64,000 bases of DNA from an uncultured Actinomycetota bacterium. Lineage in GTDB: Bacteria; Actinomycetota; Actinomycetes; Actinomycetales; Dermatophilaceae. Made by a program: the position numbers and the translations under genes. The notes under the pieces are model-generated. The model did not search any database. It was given only the letters and a program-made list of their open reading frames with translations, and was not told the origin of the DNA. Where the stretch lies: assembly GCA_963731235.1 (NCBI GenBank), contig CAVSUT010000021.1, positions 81,402 to 145,401 on the forward strand, written 5' to 3'. Below, piece after piece: positions 10,438 through 20,312 of the stretch (position 1 is the stretch's first letter; the number at the start of each line of letters is the position of its first letter).

Positions 10438-12498
10438 TCAGCGCCGGGCCCGGGCTGCGTCCGACTGCTTGTCGCGCAGGACCGAGGTGTCGCCGCGGTC
10501 GGGCACGCCGTCGGCCTTGATCTTGACCACCGGCGAGGCGGTGCCCGTCGGGGGGATCTGCAGCTCCTGCAGCGCGTAGGTCATGACGTCCTTGAACACC
10601 GGTCCCGCGACCACGCCACCGAAGTAGCCCTTGATCGGACGCTGCAGCGTCACGGCCACGACGATCTCGGGGTCGTCCGCCGGGGCGAAGCCGATGAAGC
10701 TCGCCGTCTTGCCCGAGTAGCCGCCCACCTTGGCGTCGTAGCGGTCGGCGGTGCCCGTCTTGCCGGCGACGCGGTATCCGGCGATCTTCGCCTCGGGGGC
10801 GGTGCCCTCCTTGCCGACGACACCCTCGAGCATGTCGCGGACCTTCTTGGCCGTCTCCGGTGAGACGACCTTGACGCCCTTGGCCTTCTCGACCGGGGTG
10901 TAGGTGCCGTGCCCGTCGCTCGTGGCGGCGACGATCCGCGGCGGGATGCGGACCCCGTCGTTGGCGATGGTCTGGAAGACCCCGGCAGCCTGCAGGGCGT
11001 TGACCGACAGCCCCTGGCCGAAGAGCACGGTGTAGCGCTGCGAGCCGTTCCAGTCCTTGACGTTGGTCAGCAGTCCCGGTCCCTCACCGGGGAAGCCCAT
11101 CCCCGAGGTGGCCCCCAGGCCGAACTTCTTGAAGTAGGAGTACATCGTCGTGGCCTTGACCTTCTCGCCGGCCAGGATGGTGCCGATGTTGCTCGACTGG
11201 GCCAGCACCCCCGCGAAGGTGAGGTACTCGGTCGCGTGGTCGTGGCTGTCCTTGAACTCGGTGCCCGCGCGGTGGATCCGGTTGGGGACCTCGACCACGT
11301 CGGAGGGGGTGACGGCACCCTCCTCGAGCGCGGCTGCGGCCGTCATGACCTTGCCCGTCGAGCCCGGCTCGTAGACGTCGTTGAACGCCTTGTTGGTCCA
11401 GTTCTCGGTGCTCTGCCCCGGCTGGTTGGGGTCGAACGTCGGGTAGGACGCGACCGCCAGCAGCTCGCCGGTCTTGGCGCTCTGCACCACGACCGTGCCC
11501 GACAGGGCCTTGGTCTCGAGGACCTTCTGCGCCACGGCGTTCTGGGCGAACCACTGCAGGTCGGAGTCGATGGTGAGCTTGACGTCCCGTCCGGGCACCG
11601 GCGAGATCGTCTCCTGGCGGGCGTTGGGGATGGCCCGGCCGTCCTGGGACTGCTCGAAGATGGTCTTGCCGGCCTTGCCCTTGAGGGTGGAGTCCATCAG
11701 GACCTCGAGCCCACCACCGGCGGACCCGTCGGACTGGACGAACCCCACGAGCGACGCCGCGGCGGTCGAGGTCGGGTAGTTGCGGTCCGACGTCGCCTCG
11801 GAGTAGATGCCGTTGATGCCGAGCTCGGAGATCTTGCGCCAGTTCAGTGGCGTGATGTTCTTCTCCAGCACGCGGTAGCGCGAGGTGCCGGTCAGCTTCG
11901 TGACCAGCTCGTCGGCCGGGATGCCCAGCAACGGTGACAGGTCCCGGGCCGCGCCCGCGACGCCGACGGTGGTGCGCACCCCGTCGACCGACTTGACGTA
12001 CTCGGGCACCGCCGTCTGGTCGACGGTCACGGTCCGCCGCTCGATGCTCGAGGCGAGGATCGTGCCGTTGCGGTCGACGATGCTGCCGCGCATGGCCGGA
12101 AGCGGCACGGTCGCGGTGCGGTTGGTCTGGGCGTCGGCCGAGACCGCGGAGGCGTCGAACCCCTGCAGGCGCAGCAGCTGCGCGCCGAAGATGCTGAAGA
12201 CGAACAAGATCGCCACCGTCATGGTGCGCATGCGCCGTCGGGGGTTGGAGCCGTCCAGGCTCACCCTGCGGCCGCCGGGCCGCCTCGGTGGCGCCGTGGG
12301 TCGCGCGGCCTGCGCCGTCGGGCGCTTCGCCGTGGTGGCGGGGCGGGGCCGGGCACCCGCAGCAGGGCGGCCGGCCTTGCTCGACGTGGCGCGTTCCTTG
12401 CCCGCGGCACCACCCTGGGGCGGGCGACGACGCGGGGCCTCCCCTGCAGTGGTCCGAGGGCGCGGGGCTCCGGGGCGGGTGCCTCGGGTCTGCGTCAC
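10438..12498 (-). CDS. ftsI: penicillin-binding protein (FtsI/PBP3-type transpeptidase)
   Basis: 686-aa ORF with a basic N-terminal tail, one TM and a PBP dimerisation region. Transpeptidase motifs are present (STGK-type GSTGKVMT, SSN, KTGT). dcw position is as expected. Confidence 0.9.
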   Translation of the reverse strand: MTQTRGTRPGAPRPRTTAGEAPRRRPPQGGAAGKERATSSKAGRPAAGARPRPATTAKRPTAQAARPTAPPRRPGGRRVSLDGSNPRRRMRTMTVAILFVFSIFGAQLLRLQGFDASAVSADAQTNRTATVPLPAMRGSIVDRNGTILASSIERRTVTVDQTAVPEYVKSVDGVRTTVGVAGAARDLSPLLGIPADELVTKLTGTSRYRVLEKNITPLNWRKISELGINGIYSEATSDRNYPTSTAAASLVGFVQSDGSAGGGLEVLMDSTLKGKAGKTIFEQSQDGRAIPNARQETISPVPGRDVKLTIDSDLQWFAQNAVAQKVLETKALSGTVVVQSAKTGELLAVASYPTFDPNQPGQSTENWTNKAFNDVYEPGSTGKVMTAAAALEEGAVTPSDVVEVPNRIHRAGTEFKDSHDHATEYLTFAGVLAQSSNIGTILAGEKVKATTMYSYFKKFGLGATSGMGFPGEGPGLLTNVKDWNGSQRYTVLFGQGLSVNALQAAGVFQTIANDGVRIPPRIVAATSDGHGTYTPVEKAKGVKVVSPETAKKVRDMLEGVVGKEGTAPEAKIAGYRVAGKTGTADRYDAKVGGYSGKTASFIGFAPADDPEIVVAVTLQRPIKGYFGGVVAGPVFKDVMTYALQELQIPPTGTASPVVKIKADGVPDRGDTSVLRDKQSDAARARR

Positions 12499-12568
12499 TG
12501 GGTACCTCGTGTCTGGGTCGGGTGGGTCTGCGTGCGGTGCGATCTCGACGGGTCGGTCGGGGCTTCGG

Positions 12569-13231
12569 TCAGGGCGTCGGGGTGGGCGCCGTGGAGGGCG
12601 TCGTGGCCGGCTGCTCCGCCGGGGTGGTCGTGCTGGTGCTCGTGGTCGTGCTGGTCGCCGCGTCGACGCTGGTCACCGTCGTGACGAGCGAGCCGTCCGG
12701 CTTGGCGACCTTGACGGTGGTCGTCGTCACGTCCCCCTTCGTGCTGACCGTCGTCTTCGGCCCGGTGTCCTGCTTCGCGGCGGACGTCGAGGACGCCGCC
12801 TGCGGTGCCGTGACCACGGTAAAGCCGTCCTGCTTCTTGGCCGGGCTCGCCACGCCGAGGACCTTGCCGTCGCTGAGCCGCAGGAAGGCTGCCGAGTCGG
12901 CGGGCACCATACCCAGCTTGGCGGCGCTCGCCGCGAGGTTGGCCGGGCTGCGCTGGGCGTCGATCGCCTGGGTGAGCGCGTCCTGGGTGTCGGTGAGCTC
13001 GCCGGAGGTGGCCTGGAGGCGGTGGAGGGTGAAGGACCCCTCGGCCATGGCGGTGTTGAGCATGAGGAGGGCGACCAGCCCGCCGACGAGCAGGGTCATG
13101 CACAGTGCGGCGAAGACGCCGTTGCCCGGCTGGCCGATCGCTGCGGGCACGACCCGCAGCGGCTGGGGCGGCGCCTGCCGCCGTAGTGGTGCCCGAGGTG
13201 CGACCCTCGCCGTCGCGGTCTGCTGGCTCAT
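12569..13231 (-). CDS. ftsL: FtsL-like septation protein (single TM + coiled coil, Ser/Thr/Pro-rich tail)
   Basis: ATG 13231 overlaps the rsmH stop (ATGA). TM is [26 protein letters not shown], followed by a helical segment. It occupies the position between rsmH and ftsI. The track ORF extends to 13534 but overlaps rsmH. Confidence 0.7.
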   Translation of the reverse strand: MSQQTATARVAPRAPLRRQAPPQPLRVVPAAIGQPGNGVFAALCMTLLVGGLVALLMLNTAMAEGSFTLHRLQATSGELTDTQDALTQAIDAQRSPANLAASAAKLGMVPADSAAFLRLSDGKVLGVASPAKKQDGFTVVTAPQAASSTSAAKQDTGPKTTVSTKGDVTTTTVKVAKPDGSLVTTVTSVDAATSTTTSTSTTTPAEQPATTPSTAPTPTP

Positions 13232-14217
13232 CGGTGGGTTCCCTTCGTCACGGTGGAAAGTCGGGTGCGCTCGGCGGCACGCAGGCGCACCGAGGCAGAT
13301 CGGGGGTTGGCGGCCTGCTCTTCGGCGGACGCCTCCTCGGCGCCGCGGGTGAGCAGCCGCAGGTATGGCGCGTGCTCGGGGAGCTCGACGGGCAGGCCCT
13401 CGGGGCTGCTCCCCTTGGCCCCCTGGGCCAGCACGCGCTTGGTGATGCGGTCCTCGAGCGAGTGGTAGGACAGGACGGCGACGCGACCGCCCACGCCGAG
13501 GGCGTCCAGGACGCCGGGGAGCGCGCGGGCCCACACGGACAGCTCGGCGTTGACCTCGATGCGCAGGGCCTGGAAGGTCCGCTTGCCGGGGTGTCCCCCG
13601 CTGTGCTGCGATGCGGCCGGCACGACCTTCTTGAGCAGGTCCACGAGCCGACCGGACGTGGTGAACGGCTCGCTCTCGCGCTCCCGCACCACGGCCCCGG
13701 CGATCTTCCGGGCGAAGCGCTCCTCGCCGAACTCGCGCAGGATGCCCTCGAGGTCGGCTGCGGAATAGGTGTTGAGCACGTCCGCGGCGGTGCTGCCGGT
13801 GGACTGGTCCATCCGCATGTCGAGCGGGGCGTCCTGGCTGTAGGAGAACCCGCGATCCGCCTCGTCGAGCTGCAGGGACGAGACGCCGAGGTCGTAGAGG
13901 CTGGCGTCGACCCTGGTGACCCCGGCCTCGGCCAGCGCCCGGGGCACCTCGTCGTAGACGGCGTGGACGAAGGTGGTGCGGTCGGCGAAGCGGTCCAGCC
14001 GTTCGGCGGCGAGCGCCAGGGCCTCCTGGTCGCGGTCGATGCCGACGACGCGGGCCTGCGGGCAGGCCTCGAGGACGGCCTCCGCGTGGCCACCCATACC
14101 GAGCGTGCCGTCGAGGTAGACCGAGCCGGGCTCGGTGAGCGCGGGGGCGAGCAGCTCGACGATGCGGTCGCGCAGGACGGGAATGTGCCGGTCGGCGGCC
14201 ATTCCTCGTGACGTCAT
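13228..14217 (-). CDS. rsmH: 16S rRNA (cytosine1402-N4)-methyltransferase RsmH/MraW
   Basis: 329-aa ORF with [14 protein letters not shown] and the SAM-MTase fold. An alternative start is ATG 14202 ([10 protein letters not shown]). Confidence 0.93.
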   Translation of the reverse strand: MTSRGMAADRHIPVLRDRIVELLAPALTEPGSVYLDGTLGMGGHAEAVLEACPQARVVGIDRDQEALALAAERLDRFADRTTFVHAVYDEVPRALAEAGVTRVDASLYDLGVSSLQLDEADRGFSYSQDAPLDMRMDQSTGSTAADVLNTYSAADLEGILREFGEERFARKIAGAVVRERESEPFTTSGRLVDLLKKVVPAASQHSGGHPGKRTFQALRIEVNAELSVWARALPGVLDALGVGGRVAVLSYHSLEDRITKRVLAQGAKGSSPEGLPVELPEHAPYLRLLTRGAEEASAEEQAANPRSASVRLRAAERTRLSTVTKGTHR

Positions 14218-14244
14218 CGCGGTGCTCCTGCTCGGTCCTGCTGG

Positions 14245-14297
14245 GGTGGTGCGGAAGGGTGGTGCGGGGTGGTGCGGGGTGGTGCGGGTGGTGCTGC
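14245..14297. repeat. GGTGGTGCGG direct repeat array (4 full copies + 1 degenerate; three copies at exact 10-bp spacing) in the mraZ-rsmH spacer
   Basis: Copies at 14245-14254, 14258-14267, 14268-14277 and 14278-14287, with a degenerate copy at 14288-14297. Read directly. Confidence 0.9.
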
Positions 14298-14458
14298 CTG
14301 CGGGGTGGGTCGGTGCCCGGTCCTGCGGTGCCGGACCCTGTGGTCAGGTCCCCATCCGCTCCATGGGATGCGGCCCGGGACGGGGGAAGTCGTCCCGGGA
14401 TGCGAAGCGGCTGGAGACCTGGCGGCAGGGGCCGGAGGCCGACGGGCCGGACGGTGCG

Positions 14459-14890
14459 TCACAACAGGCCGGGGATCACCTCCTCGGACTGGTCGGCGAA
14501 GCCCTGCTCGGTGCTCTCGAGGTAGGTGTTCCACGCCTGCGTGTCCCAGACCTCGACGCGCGCTCCGGCGCCGATGACGGTGCAGTCGCGGGTGAGACCG
14601 GCGTAGGCGCGCAGGGTGGCGGGGATGGTCACGCGGCCCTGCTTGTCCGGCACCTCGTCGGAGGCGCCGGAGAGGAAGACGCGGGTGAAGTCGCGGACGG
14701 CCTTGCTCGTGGTCGGCGCGGACTGCATCTGCTCGGTGACGCGGACGAACTCCTGCATCGGGAAGACGTAGAGGCAGCGCTCCTGCCCACGGGTGACGAC
14801 CAGGCCGCCGGCCATCCGCTCGCGGAACTTGGCGGGGAGGAACAGCCGGCCCTTCTCGTCGAGGCGGGGGCTGTGCGTGCCGAGGAACAC
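14459..14890 (-). CDS. mraZ: transcriptional regulator MraZ
   Basis: Two SpoVT/AbrB-like halves ([22 protein letters not shown] ... [13 protein letters not shown]). GTG 14890 gives the canonical MFLGTH N-terminus and has GGAGG 8 nt upstream. The track ORF starts at GTG 14899. Confidence 0.92.
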   Translation of the reverse strand: MFLGTHSPRLDEKGRLFLPAKFRERMAGGLVVTRGQERCLYVFPMQEFVRVTEQMQSAPTTSKAVRDFTRVFLSGASDEVPDKQGRVTIPATLRAYAGLTRDCTVIGAGARVEVWDTQAWNTYLESTEQGFADQSEEVIPGLL

Positions 14891-14944
14891 GGTGACCACC
14901 TCCCCTGCCGTCGACCTCAGGACCCCACGGCCCTCTTGTTTCCC

Positions 14945-15042
14945 CCACTTTACTCCACCACCACCCCCACAGAGGCCTTGTCCGCGCGATTTCTCTCATC
15001 TGTTCGGCTATTTCTGCAGGTCAGGATGGTGGTGGAAAGTGG
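14945..15042. promoter_or_regulatory. candidate MraZ operator / dcw promoter region: inverted pair of GGTGGTGGA(GT)AAAGTGG elements
   Basis: Minus-strand copy ggtggtggagtaaagtgg lies at 14945-14962 and plus-strand copy ggtggtggaaagtgg at 15028-15042. They flank a less GC-rich ~65-bp core just upstream of mraZ. GTGG-containing direct repeats are the described MraZ operator type. Confidence 0.4.
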
Positions 15043-15350
15043 TGTGAACTGACGCCCACCGACCCCTCCTCGTGAACTGCCTTGGGGCGGACCGGGCACG
15101 CAAAGCCGCGCCCGGGCGTTCCCGAACCAGTTCCGCGAGGTCACGAGACGGCATACCCGCTGTCCCGGTGGGACGATGTGGGGAAAGATCGAGGCCATCC
15201 GTGGGCCGCAGCGTGGCGACCACGGGATCGACGGAAGGACAGCCGGTGCAGGGTGGGTACGAGGACCAGCGCGGAGGCTCGGCCCAGGGCCGGCGCAGCG
15301 GCTCGGCAGGGGGCACCGAGGGTGTCGGCCGGGGACCGGGCGTCGAGAGC

Positions 15351-16328
15351 GTGCTCTCCTTCCCCGCCGGCTCCCCTGCGGCCCTGAGCCAGGTGACCGA
15401 GGTGGCCGGGCGGCTGGCGCGGGCGATGAACTCGGTGATCGAGGGCAAGCCGGACGTCGTGCACACGGCGATCACCGTGCTGCTGGCGGAGGGGCACCTG
15501 CTCCTCGAGGACGTCCCGGGGGTGGGCAAGACCATGCTCGCCAAGACCCTCGCCAAGACGATCGACTGCTCGGTCCGCCGGGTCCAGTTCACGCCGGACC
15601 TGCTCCCCAGCGACATCACGGGGGTCAGCGTCTTCAACCAGGACGTGCGCGACTTCGAGTTCCGTCCCGGGGCGATCTTCGCCAACGTCGTGGTGGGCGA
15701 CGAGATCAACCGCGCCTCGCCCAAGACCCAGTCGGCCTTGCTGGAGTCGATGGAGGAGGGCCAGGTCACCGTCGACGGACAGACCTACGACCTCCCCAAG
15801 CCCTTCATCGTCATGGCGACCCAGAACCCCATCGAGATGGAGGGCACCTACCCCCTCCCCGAGGCCCAGCGGGACCGCTTCATGGCCCGCATCTCCCTCG
15901 GCTACCCCTCGTCCCGGGCCGAGGTCGCCATGCTCGACAGCCACGGCCAGGTCTCGCCGCTGGAGACCCTGCGCCCGGTCACCGACGCCGCGACGATCAC
16001 CGCGATGGTCAAGGCCGTCCGCTCGGTGTTCACCAGCGACGCCATCAAGCAGTACGTCGTCGACCTCTCCTCGGCCACCCGGTCGAGCTCGGCCCTGCGC
16101 CTCGGCGCCTCGCCCCGTGCCAGCCTGCACATGCTGCGGGCCGCCCGGGCGCACGCGGCCCTCGAAGGGCGCGACCACGTGCTGCCGGACGACGTGCAGG
16201 CCGTCGTCGTCCACGTCCTGGCCCACCGCGTGATCCCCACCGGCGAGACCCAGCTCGCCCGCCGGAGCACCGGTGAGGTCCTCCAGGACCTGATGCGGCG
16301 GGTTCCGGTCCCCGCCGCCGGGCGCTGA
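15351..16328 (+). CDS. MoxR-family AAA+ ATPase
   Basis: Walker A LLEDVPGVGKT, Walker B VVGDEINRA, and MATQNPIEMEGTYPLPEAQRDRF, which is typical of MoxR/AAA_3. The start is uncertain: GTG 15351 is chosen, while in-frame GTG 15201 or track start 15072 would add a Gly/Arg-rich extension. Confidence 0.85.
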   Translation: MLSFPAGSPAALSQVTEVAGRLARAMNSVIEGKPDVVHTAITVLLAEGHLLLEDVPGVGKTMLAKTLAKTIDCSVRRVQFTPDLLPSDITGVSVFNQDVRDFEFRPGAIFANVVVGDEINRASPKTQSALLESMEEGQVTVDGQTYDLPKPFIVMATQNPIEMEGTYPLPEAQRDRFMARISLGYPSSRAEVAMLDSHGQVSPLETLRPVTDAATITAMVKAVRSVFTSDAIKQYVVDLSSATRSSSALRLGASPRASLHMLRAARAHAALEGRDHVLPDDVQAVVVHVLAHRVIPTGETQLARRSTGEVLQDLMRRVPVPAAGR

Positions 16329-16337
16329 GGCCGCGTC

Positions 16338-17597
16338 GTGCGCAGGCTTCGCGACCTCCTCACCACCCGAGGGCGGGCGTTCGTCGCGGCGGGGGTCACC
16401 CTGGTGCTGTGCGGGCTCGGGCTCGGGTTCACCGACCTCACCCGGATCGGCGTCCTGCTGGTGGCTCTCCCCCTGCTCAGTGGGCTGCTCATGCGACGCC
16501 ACGACCTGAGGTTCGCCCTGGAGCGCACGGCCGTGCCCGGACGCATCCAGGTCGACGAGCAGTCCGTCGTCACCCTGGGCATCGAGAACGCCGGTGCGGC
16601 GGCCAGCCCGTTGCTCATGGCCGAGGAGCAGCTCGACTACGCCCTCGGTGACCGGCCCCGGTTCGTGGTGGCCCGGCTGCGGCGCGGCGACCGCCAGGAG
16701 GTGCACTACACCGTGCGTTCCCACGTGCGGGGACGACACCGCCTCGGTCCGCTGGGCGTGCGGCTGCGCGACCCGTTCGGCCTGAGCACCCGGGTGGCGG
16801 CGATCTCGGGGTCCAGCGACGTCCTGGTGCTCCCGAAGATCCTGCCCCTGGGCGGCCGGCTGCCCAAGGGCAGCGGCGTCGGTGCCGAGGGCGCCATACC
16901 GCACATGGTCGCCCTGCACGGCGAGGACGACGTCTCCATCCGGTCCTACCGCGACGGCGACGACCTGCGGCGCATCCACTGGCCGGCCACGGCCAAGACC
17001 GGTGAGCTGATGGTGCGCCAGGAGGACCGGCCGGCTCGCCGTCGCGCTGCGATCGTCCTGGACTCCCGCGCGCGGGGCCACCACGGCTCGGGCAGCTCCA
17101 GCTCGTTCGAGTGGGCCGTGACCGCGTGCGCCTCGATCGCGGTGCACCTCCTGGACCAGGGGTATGCCGTGCACCTGCTCACCGACGAGACCGCCGACGA
17201 CAGCCGCGCCGCGAGCGCGATGGAGCTGGACCCGCTGCTGGACGTGCTGGCGATGAGCGAGCCCGGCTCGGAGGACCAGTTCGGCGACGTGCTGCAGTCC
17301 GCGCACCCCGTCACCGCCTCGGGCGGGCTGGTGCTGGCCGTGGTCACCGAGCTCGACGAGGAGGTGGCCCGGCAGGTGGCCTCCCTGCGCCAGCCCGGGG
17401 GCACTGCGTTGGCCATCGTGCTGGACCCTGGCGGGTTCGGGGCCACCCGGCGCCGTTCCGGCGCGAGCCCGGAGCTGGCCTGTGTCCCCGTCCTGCGCGG
17501 TGCCGGGTGGAGCGTCGCGGTGGTGGGCTCCGGTGACGACGTCGCCTCCGTCTGGGGCGTGCTCTCCGGAGGAACCCAGCGCGTGGGTGCCGCATGA
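16338..17597 (+). CDS. DUF58 (vWA-like) domain protein
   Basis: Two N-terminal TMs and the DUF58 signature region (IRSYRDGDDLRRIHWPATAKTGELMVRQ). It immediately follows MoxR, as in MoxR-DUF58 operons. Confidence 0.85.
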   Translation: MRRLRDLLTTRGRAFVAAGVTLVLCGLGLGFTDLTRIGVLLVALPLLSGLLMRRHDLRFALERTAVPGRIQVDEQSVVTLGIENAGAAASPLLMAEEQLDYALGDRPRFVVARLRRGDRQEVHYTVRSHVRGRHRLGPLGVRLRDPFGLSTRVAAISGSSDVLVLPKILPLGGRLPKGSGVGAEGAIPHMVALHGEDDVSIRSYRDGDDLRRIHWPATAKTGELMVRQEDRPARRRAAIVLDSRARGHHGSGSSSSFEWAVTACASIAVHLLDQGYAVHLLTDETADDSRAASAMELDPLLDVLAMSEPGSEDQFGDVLQSAHPVTASGGLVLAVVTELDEEVARQVASLRQPGGTALAIVLDPGGFGATRRRSGASPELACVPVLRGAGWSVAVVGSGDDVASVWGVLSGGTQRVGAA

Positions 17598-20005
17598 GCC
17601 GGGGCCGGCTCCCCGAGTCCCTGTTGGCCGGGGCGGCGTCCGCCGTCGTCGCGTGGCCCCTCACCACGCTCTTCACCCCCAACACCTGGGTGCGCCCGAC
17701 GCTCGGTGTGATCCTCGTCGTGGCGCTCACCGGCATCCTCGCCCGGCTGCTGACGACGTCGTGGGTGCTGGTCGCCCTGTCCCAGCTCGCGGGGATCGTC
17801 GTGGTGTCCGGCTGGCTCTACGGGCGCGGCCACCTCTGGCACGGGCTGCCCTCGCTGGACATGGTGCTCGCGTTCAACAACCTGCTCGTCGACGCGCGGC
17901 TCACGGTGCAGAACTATGCCGCCCCCGCTCCCACCAACCGCGGCGTCACCCTGGGGATCGGGCTGGCGATCGGGGCGACCGCGGTCATCGTCGACCACCT
18001 GGCCGTGATGCGCCGGTCCCCCGCGATGGCGGGTCTGCCGCTCCTGGCGGCCTTCCTCATCTCGGCCTCCAACTCGGGCTCCTCGCTCAACCCCATGTAC
18101 TTCGTCGCTGCCGGTGGCGTCTGGCTGCTCATGCTCGGCCGGCAGGGCATCTCGTCGTTGCGGCGGTGGAGCACCACGACGCCGATGAGCACGACAGGGC
18201 GGCGCGGGTCCGACGACCACGACGGGGCCTACGGGTATGCCGCGGTCGGGCGCACGCTCGCCGTGGCCAGCCTGGCCGCCGCGGTGGCGCTACCCGTGGT
18301 CGTCCCGCACTTCCCCACGCGCTACCTGATCGACGGCCTCGGACGCTCCGCCGACGGCACCGGGTTCAGCGACGGCCAGATCGGGCTGACGTCGACGCTG
18401 GACCTGACGCGGAGCCTGAAGAACCCGTCGAAGGCACCGATCCTGTCCTACACGACCAACGCCCCGGTCCTCACCCCGCTGCGGGTCGGCGTGCTGGAGA
18501 GCTACGCCAACGACCAGTGGCGTCCTGACAACCCCGACGTGCGTTATGCCCGGCGCCCCGAGGTCCCGATCCCACCCGAGCTCGACGACGCCGTGCCGCG
18601 CGAGACCTACCGCCTCTCGGTCGACGGGTCACGCATCGAGGCACCCCAGATCGCCGCGCCCACCCCGCTGGTCTCCGGCGACCTCGACGGCGTCGCGTGG
18701 GGACTGGACCGCCGGACCTCTGTCGCGAACGTCAACCGGACGGCGAGCTCCTACAGCTTCGACTACCTCGTCCTCGACCCGGCGCCTGACCTGCTCGACC
18801 AGCCCGTGCTGCCGGCCAGCGGCGCCTTGCTGCCGCCCGACCTCCAGGTGGACCCGGCCGCGCAGACGCTGCTGAGCGACCTGGTGGCCAAGGTCGTGCC
18901 CCGAGGCGCCAGCCGCATCGAGGCGGCCCGCGCCATCCAGACCTACCTGCGCACCGGCGGTGGCTTCAGCTACTCCCTCGAGCTGCCTGACACCGTGACC
19001 AACGACTTCGGCCAGGCCGAGCGACCGGACGCCATCTCGCTGTTCCTGCGGACCAAGGTCGGCTACTGCGTGCAGTTCGCGACGGCCATGGTGATGATGG
19101 CGCGCGAGAGCGGGATCCCCGCCCGCATGGCCATCGGCTTCCTGCCCGGCACCGCCGACCGCGGCACCTACACCGTGCGCGGCTCCGACGCGCACGCCTG
19201 GCCCGAGCTCTTCTTCGAGGGTGTCGGCTGGTTGCGCTTCGAGCCCACCCCGTCCGGCACCCAGAACACCGTGGCCCCGACCTACTCGCTCGCCCCGACG
19301 ACACCGGGGGCGGACGACCCGTCGGCGACGGCGAGCGCGGGCGGCTCGTCCTCCTCGGACACCCGTGCCGACGGCGCGAACGACCCCGGCGCGCAGAACC
19401 CGACGTCGACCTCGGGCACCGATGCAGGCACGACGTCGTTCCTCGGACCGCACACCCGCACCGTGCTGCTGTGGGTGGTCCTCGGACTGCTCGCCGGCAT
19501 CCTGGGCTCCCTGGCGGTTCCCCTCGCAGCCCGCACGCGCCTGCGTCGGCGACTCAGGGAGGCGCCCGACGACGCGACCCGGGTCGAGATCGAGTGGCAG
19601 GCGATGGTCGAACGGCTCGGTGACCTCGGCGTCATACCCCCTCGCGGGAGCACGCCGCGCCAGGCCGGGCGCTTCTACCAGCGGGAGGCCTACCTCGAGG
19701 GTGAGCAGTCCCAGGCCCTGCGTCGCGTCGTCGACGGCGTCGAGCGATCGCGCTACGCCCCGCCGGGCACGACGGTCACCGATGTCCGCCCCGACACCCA
19801 GCACGTCGTCAAGGCCGTCTCCGGGGTGCGCCGCCGCAAGGACCGGCTCCGCGCCGTGTGGTGGCCCAGCGACGGCCTCCTGGAGTGGCGCGAGCGCCGT
19901 GACCAGGGGGCCCGGATGGCGCGTTCCCCGTGGCTTCGCTGGCAGGACCACTGGCAGGACCGTCGCTCCGAGCGACGCTCCGAGCGGGCCGCCGACCACA
20001 GGTAG
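17594..20005 (+). CDS. transglutaminase-domain membrane protein (TgpA-like)
   Basis: ATGA overlap with the DUF58 gene. Multi-TM N-terminus, with a transglutaminase core around GYCVQFATAMVMMARESGIPARMAIGF...DAHAWPELFFEGVGWLRFEPTP. Confidence 0.85.
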   Translation: MSRGRLPESLLAGAASAVVAWPLTTLFTPNTWVRPTLGVILVVALTGILARLLTTSWVLVALSQLAGIVVVSGWLYGRGHLWHGLPSLDMVLAFNNLLVDARLTVQNYAAPAPTNRGVTLGIGLAIGATAVIVDHLAVMRRSPAMAGLPLLAAFLISASNSGSSLNPMYFVAAGGVWLLMLGRQGISSLRRWSTTTPMSTTGRRGSDDHDGAYGYAAVGRTLAVASLAAAVALPVVVPHFPTRYLIDGLGRSADGTGFSDGQIGLTSTLDLTRSLKNPSKAPILSYTTNAPVLTPLRVGVLESYANDQWRPDNPDVRYARRPEVPIPPELDDAVPRETYRLSVDGSRIEAPQIAAPTPLVSGDLDGVAWGLDRRTSVANVNRTASSYSFDYLVLDPAPDLLDQPVLPASGALLPPDLQVDPAAQTLLSDLVAKVVPRGASRIEAARAIQTYLRTGGGFSYSLELPDTVTNDFGQAERPDAISLFLRTKVGYCVQFATAMVMMARESGIPARMAIGFLPGTADRGTYTVRGSDAHAWPELFFEGVGWLRFEPTPSGTQNTVAPTYSLAPTTPGADDPSATASAGGSSSSDTRADGANDPGAQNPTSTSGTDAGTTSFLGPHTRTVLLWVVLGLLAGILGSLAVPLAARTRLRRRLREAPDDATRVEIEWQAMVERLGDLGVIPPRGSTPRQAGRFYQREAYLEGEQSQALRRVVDGVERSRYAPPGTTVTDVRPDTQHVVKAVSGVRRRKDRLRAVWWPSDGLLEWRERRDQGARMARSPWLRWQDHWQDRRSERRSERAADHR

Positions 20006-20312
20006 ATCGATTCGTCCCGTCTGGTCGGGTATGCGGTACTTCGCGGGATGATTTGTGCCTTGTGGGCGGGTATGGCGTCACCCATACACCGTGGACAGGC
20101 CGCCGCGGGCACTTCTTGCGAAGTCTTGGCGCAGCACCTACCGGATCGGCCCCCCGCGCTCCCCCCTTCAGTCGTGGGCAGCACGTCTCTTCGGGCTGCA
20201 GGGGGGCCGAACCGAGCCCGGCCCACGGTGCCCCTGCCTACTTTTGGCCTGTCGCCGCTTCCCCCCACGGCAACAGATCGCGCCCCTGCGCCCAACCGAA
20301 GGATCCCCCCAC

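Noticed and set aside
14245-14297. Short repeat arrays (14245, 6226, 755, 31877, 49051) as CRISPR
   Set aside because: Units are 9-17 bp and directly adjacent with no spacers, and several lie inside coding sequence. No cas genes are present.
15072-15350. Upstream extension of the MoxR ORF (track start 15072)
   Set aside because: The extra 93 residues are Arg/Gly/Ser-rich and would leave almost no room for the dcw/MoxR divergent promoter. I kept GTG 15351 but flag GTG 15201 as possible.
15141-17306. 721-aa ORF antisense to the MoxR and DUF58 genes
   Set aside because: Low-complexity Arg/Gly/His/Asp-rich translation with no motifs, opposite two ORFs that have clear family signatures.
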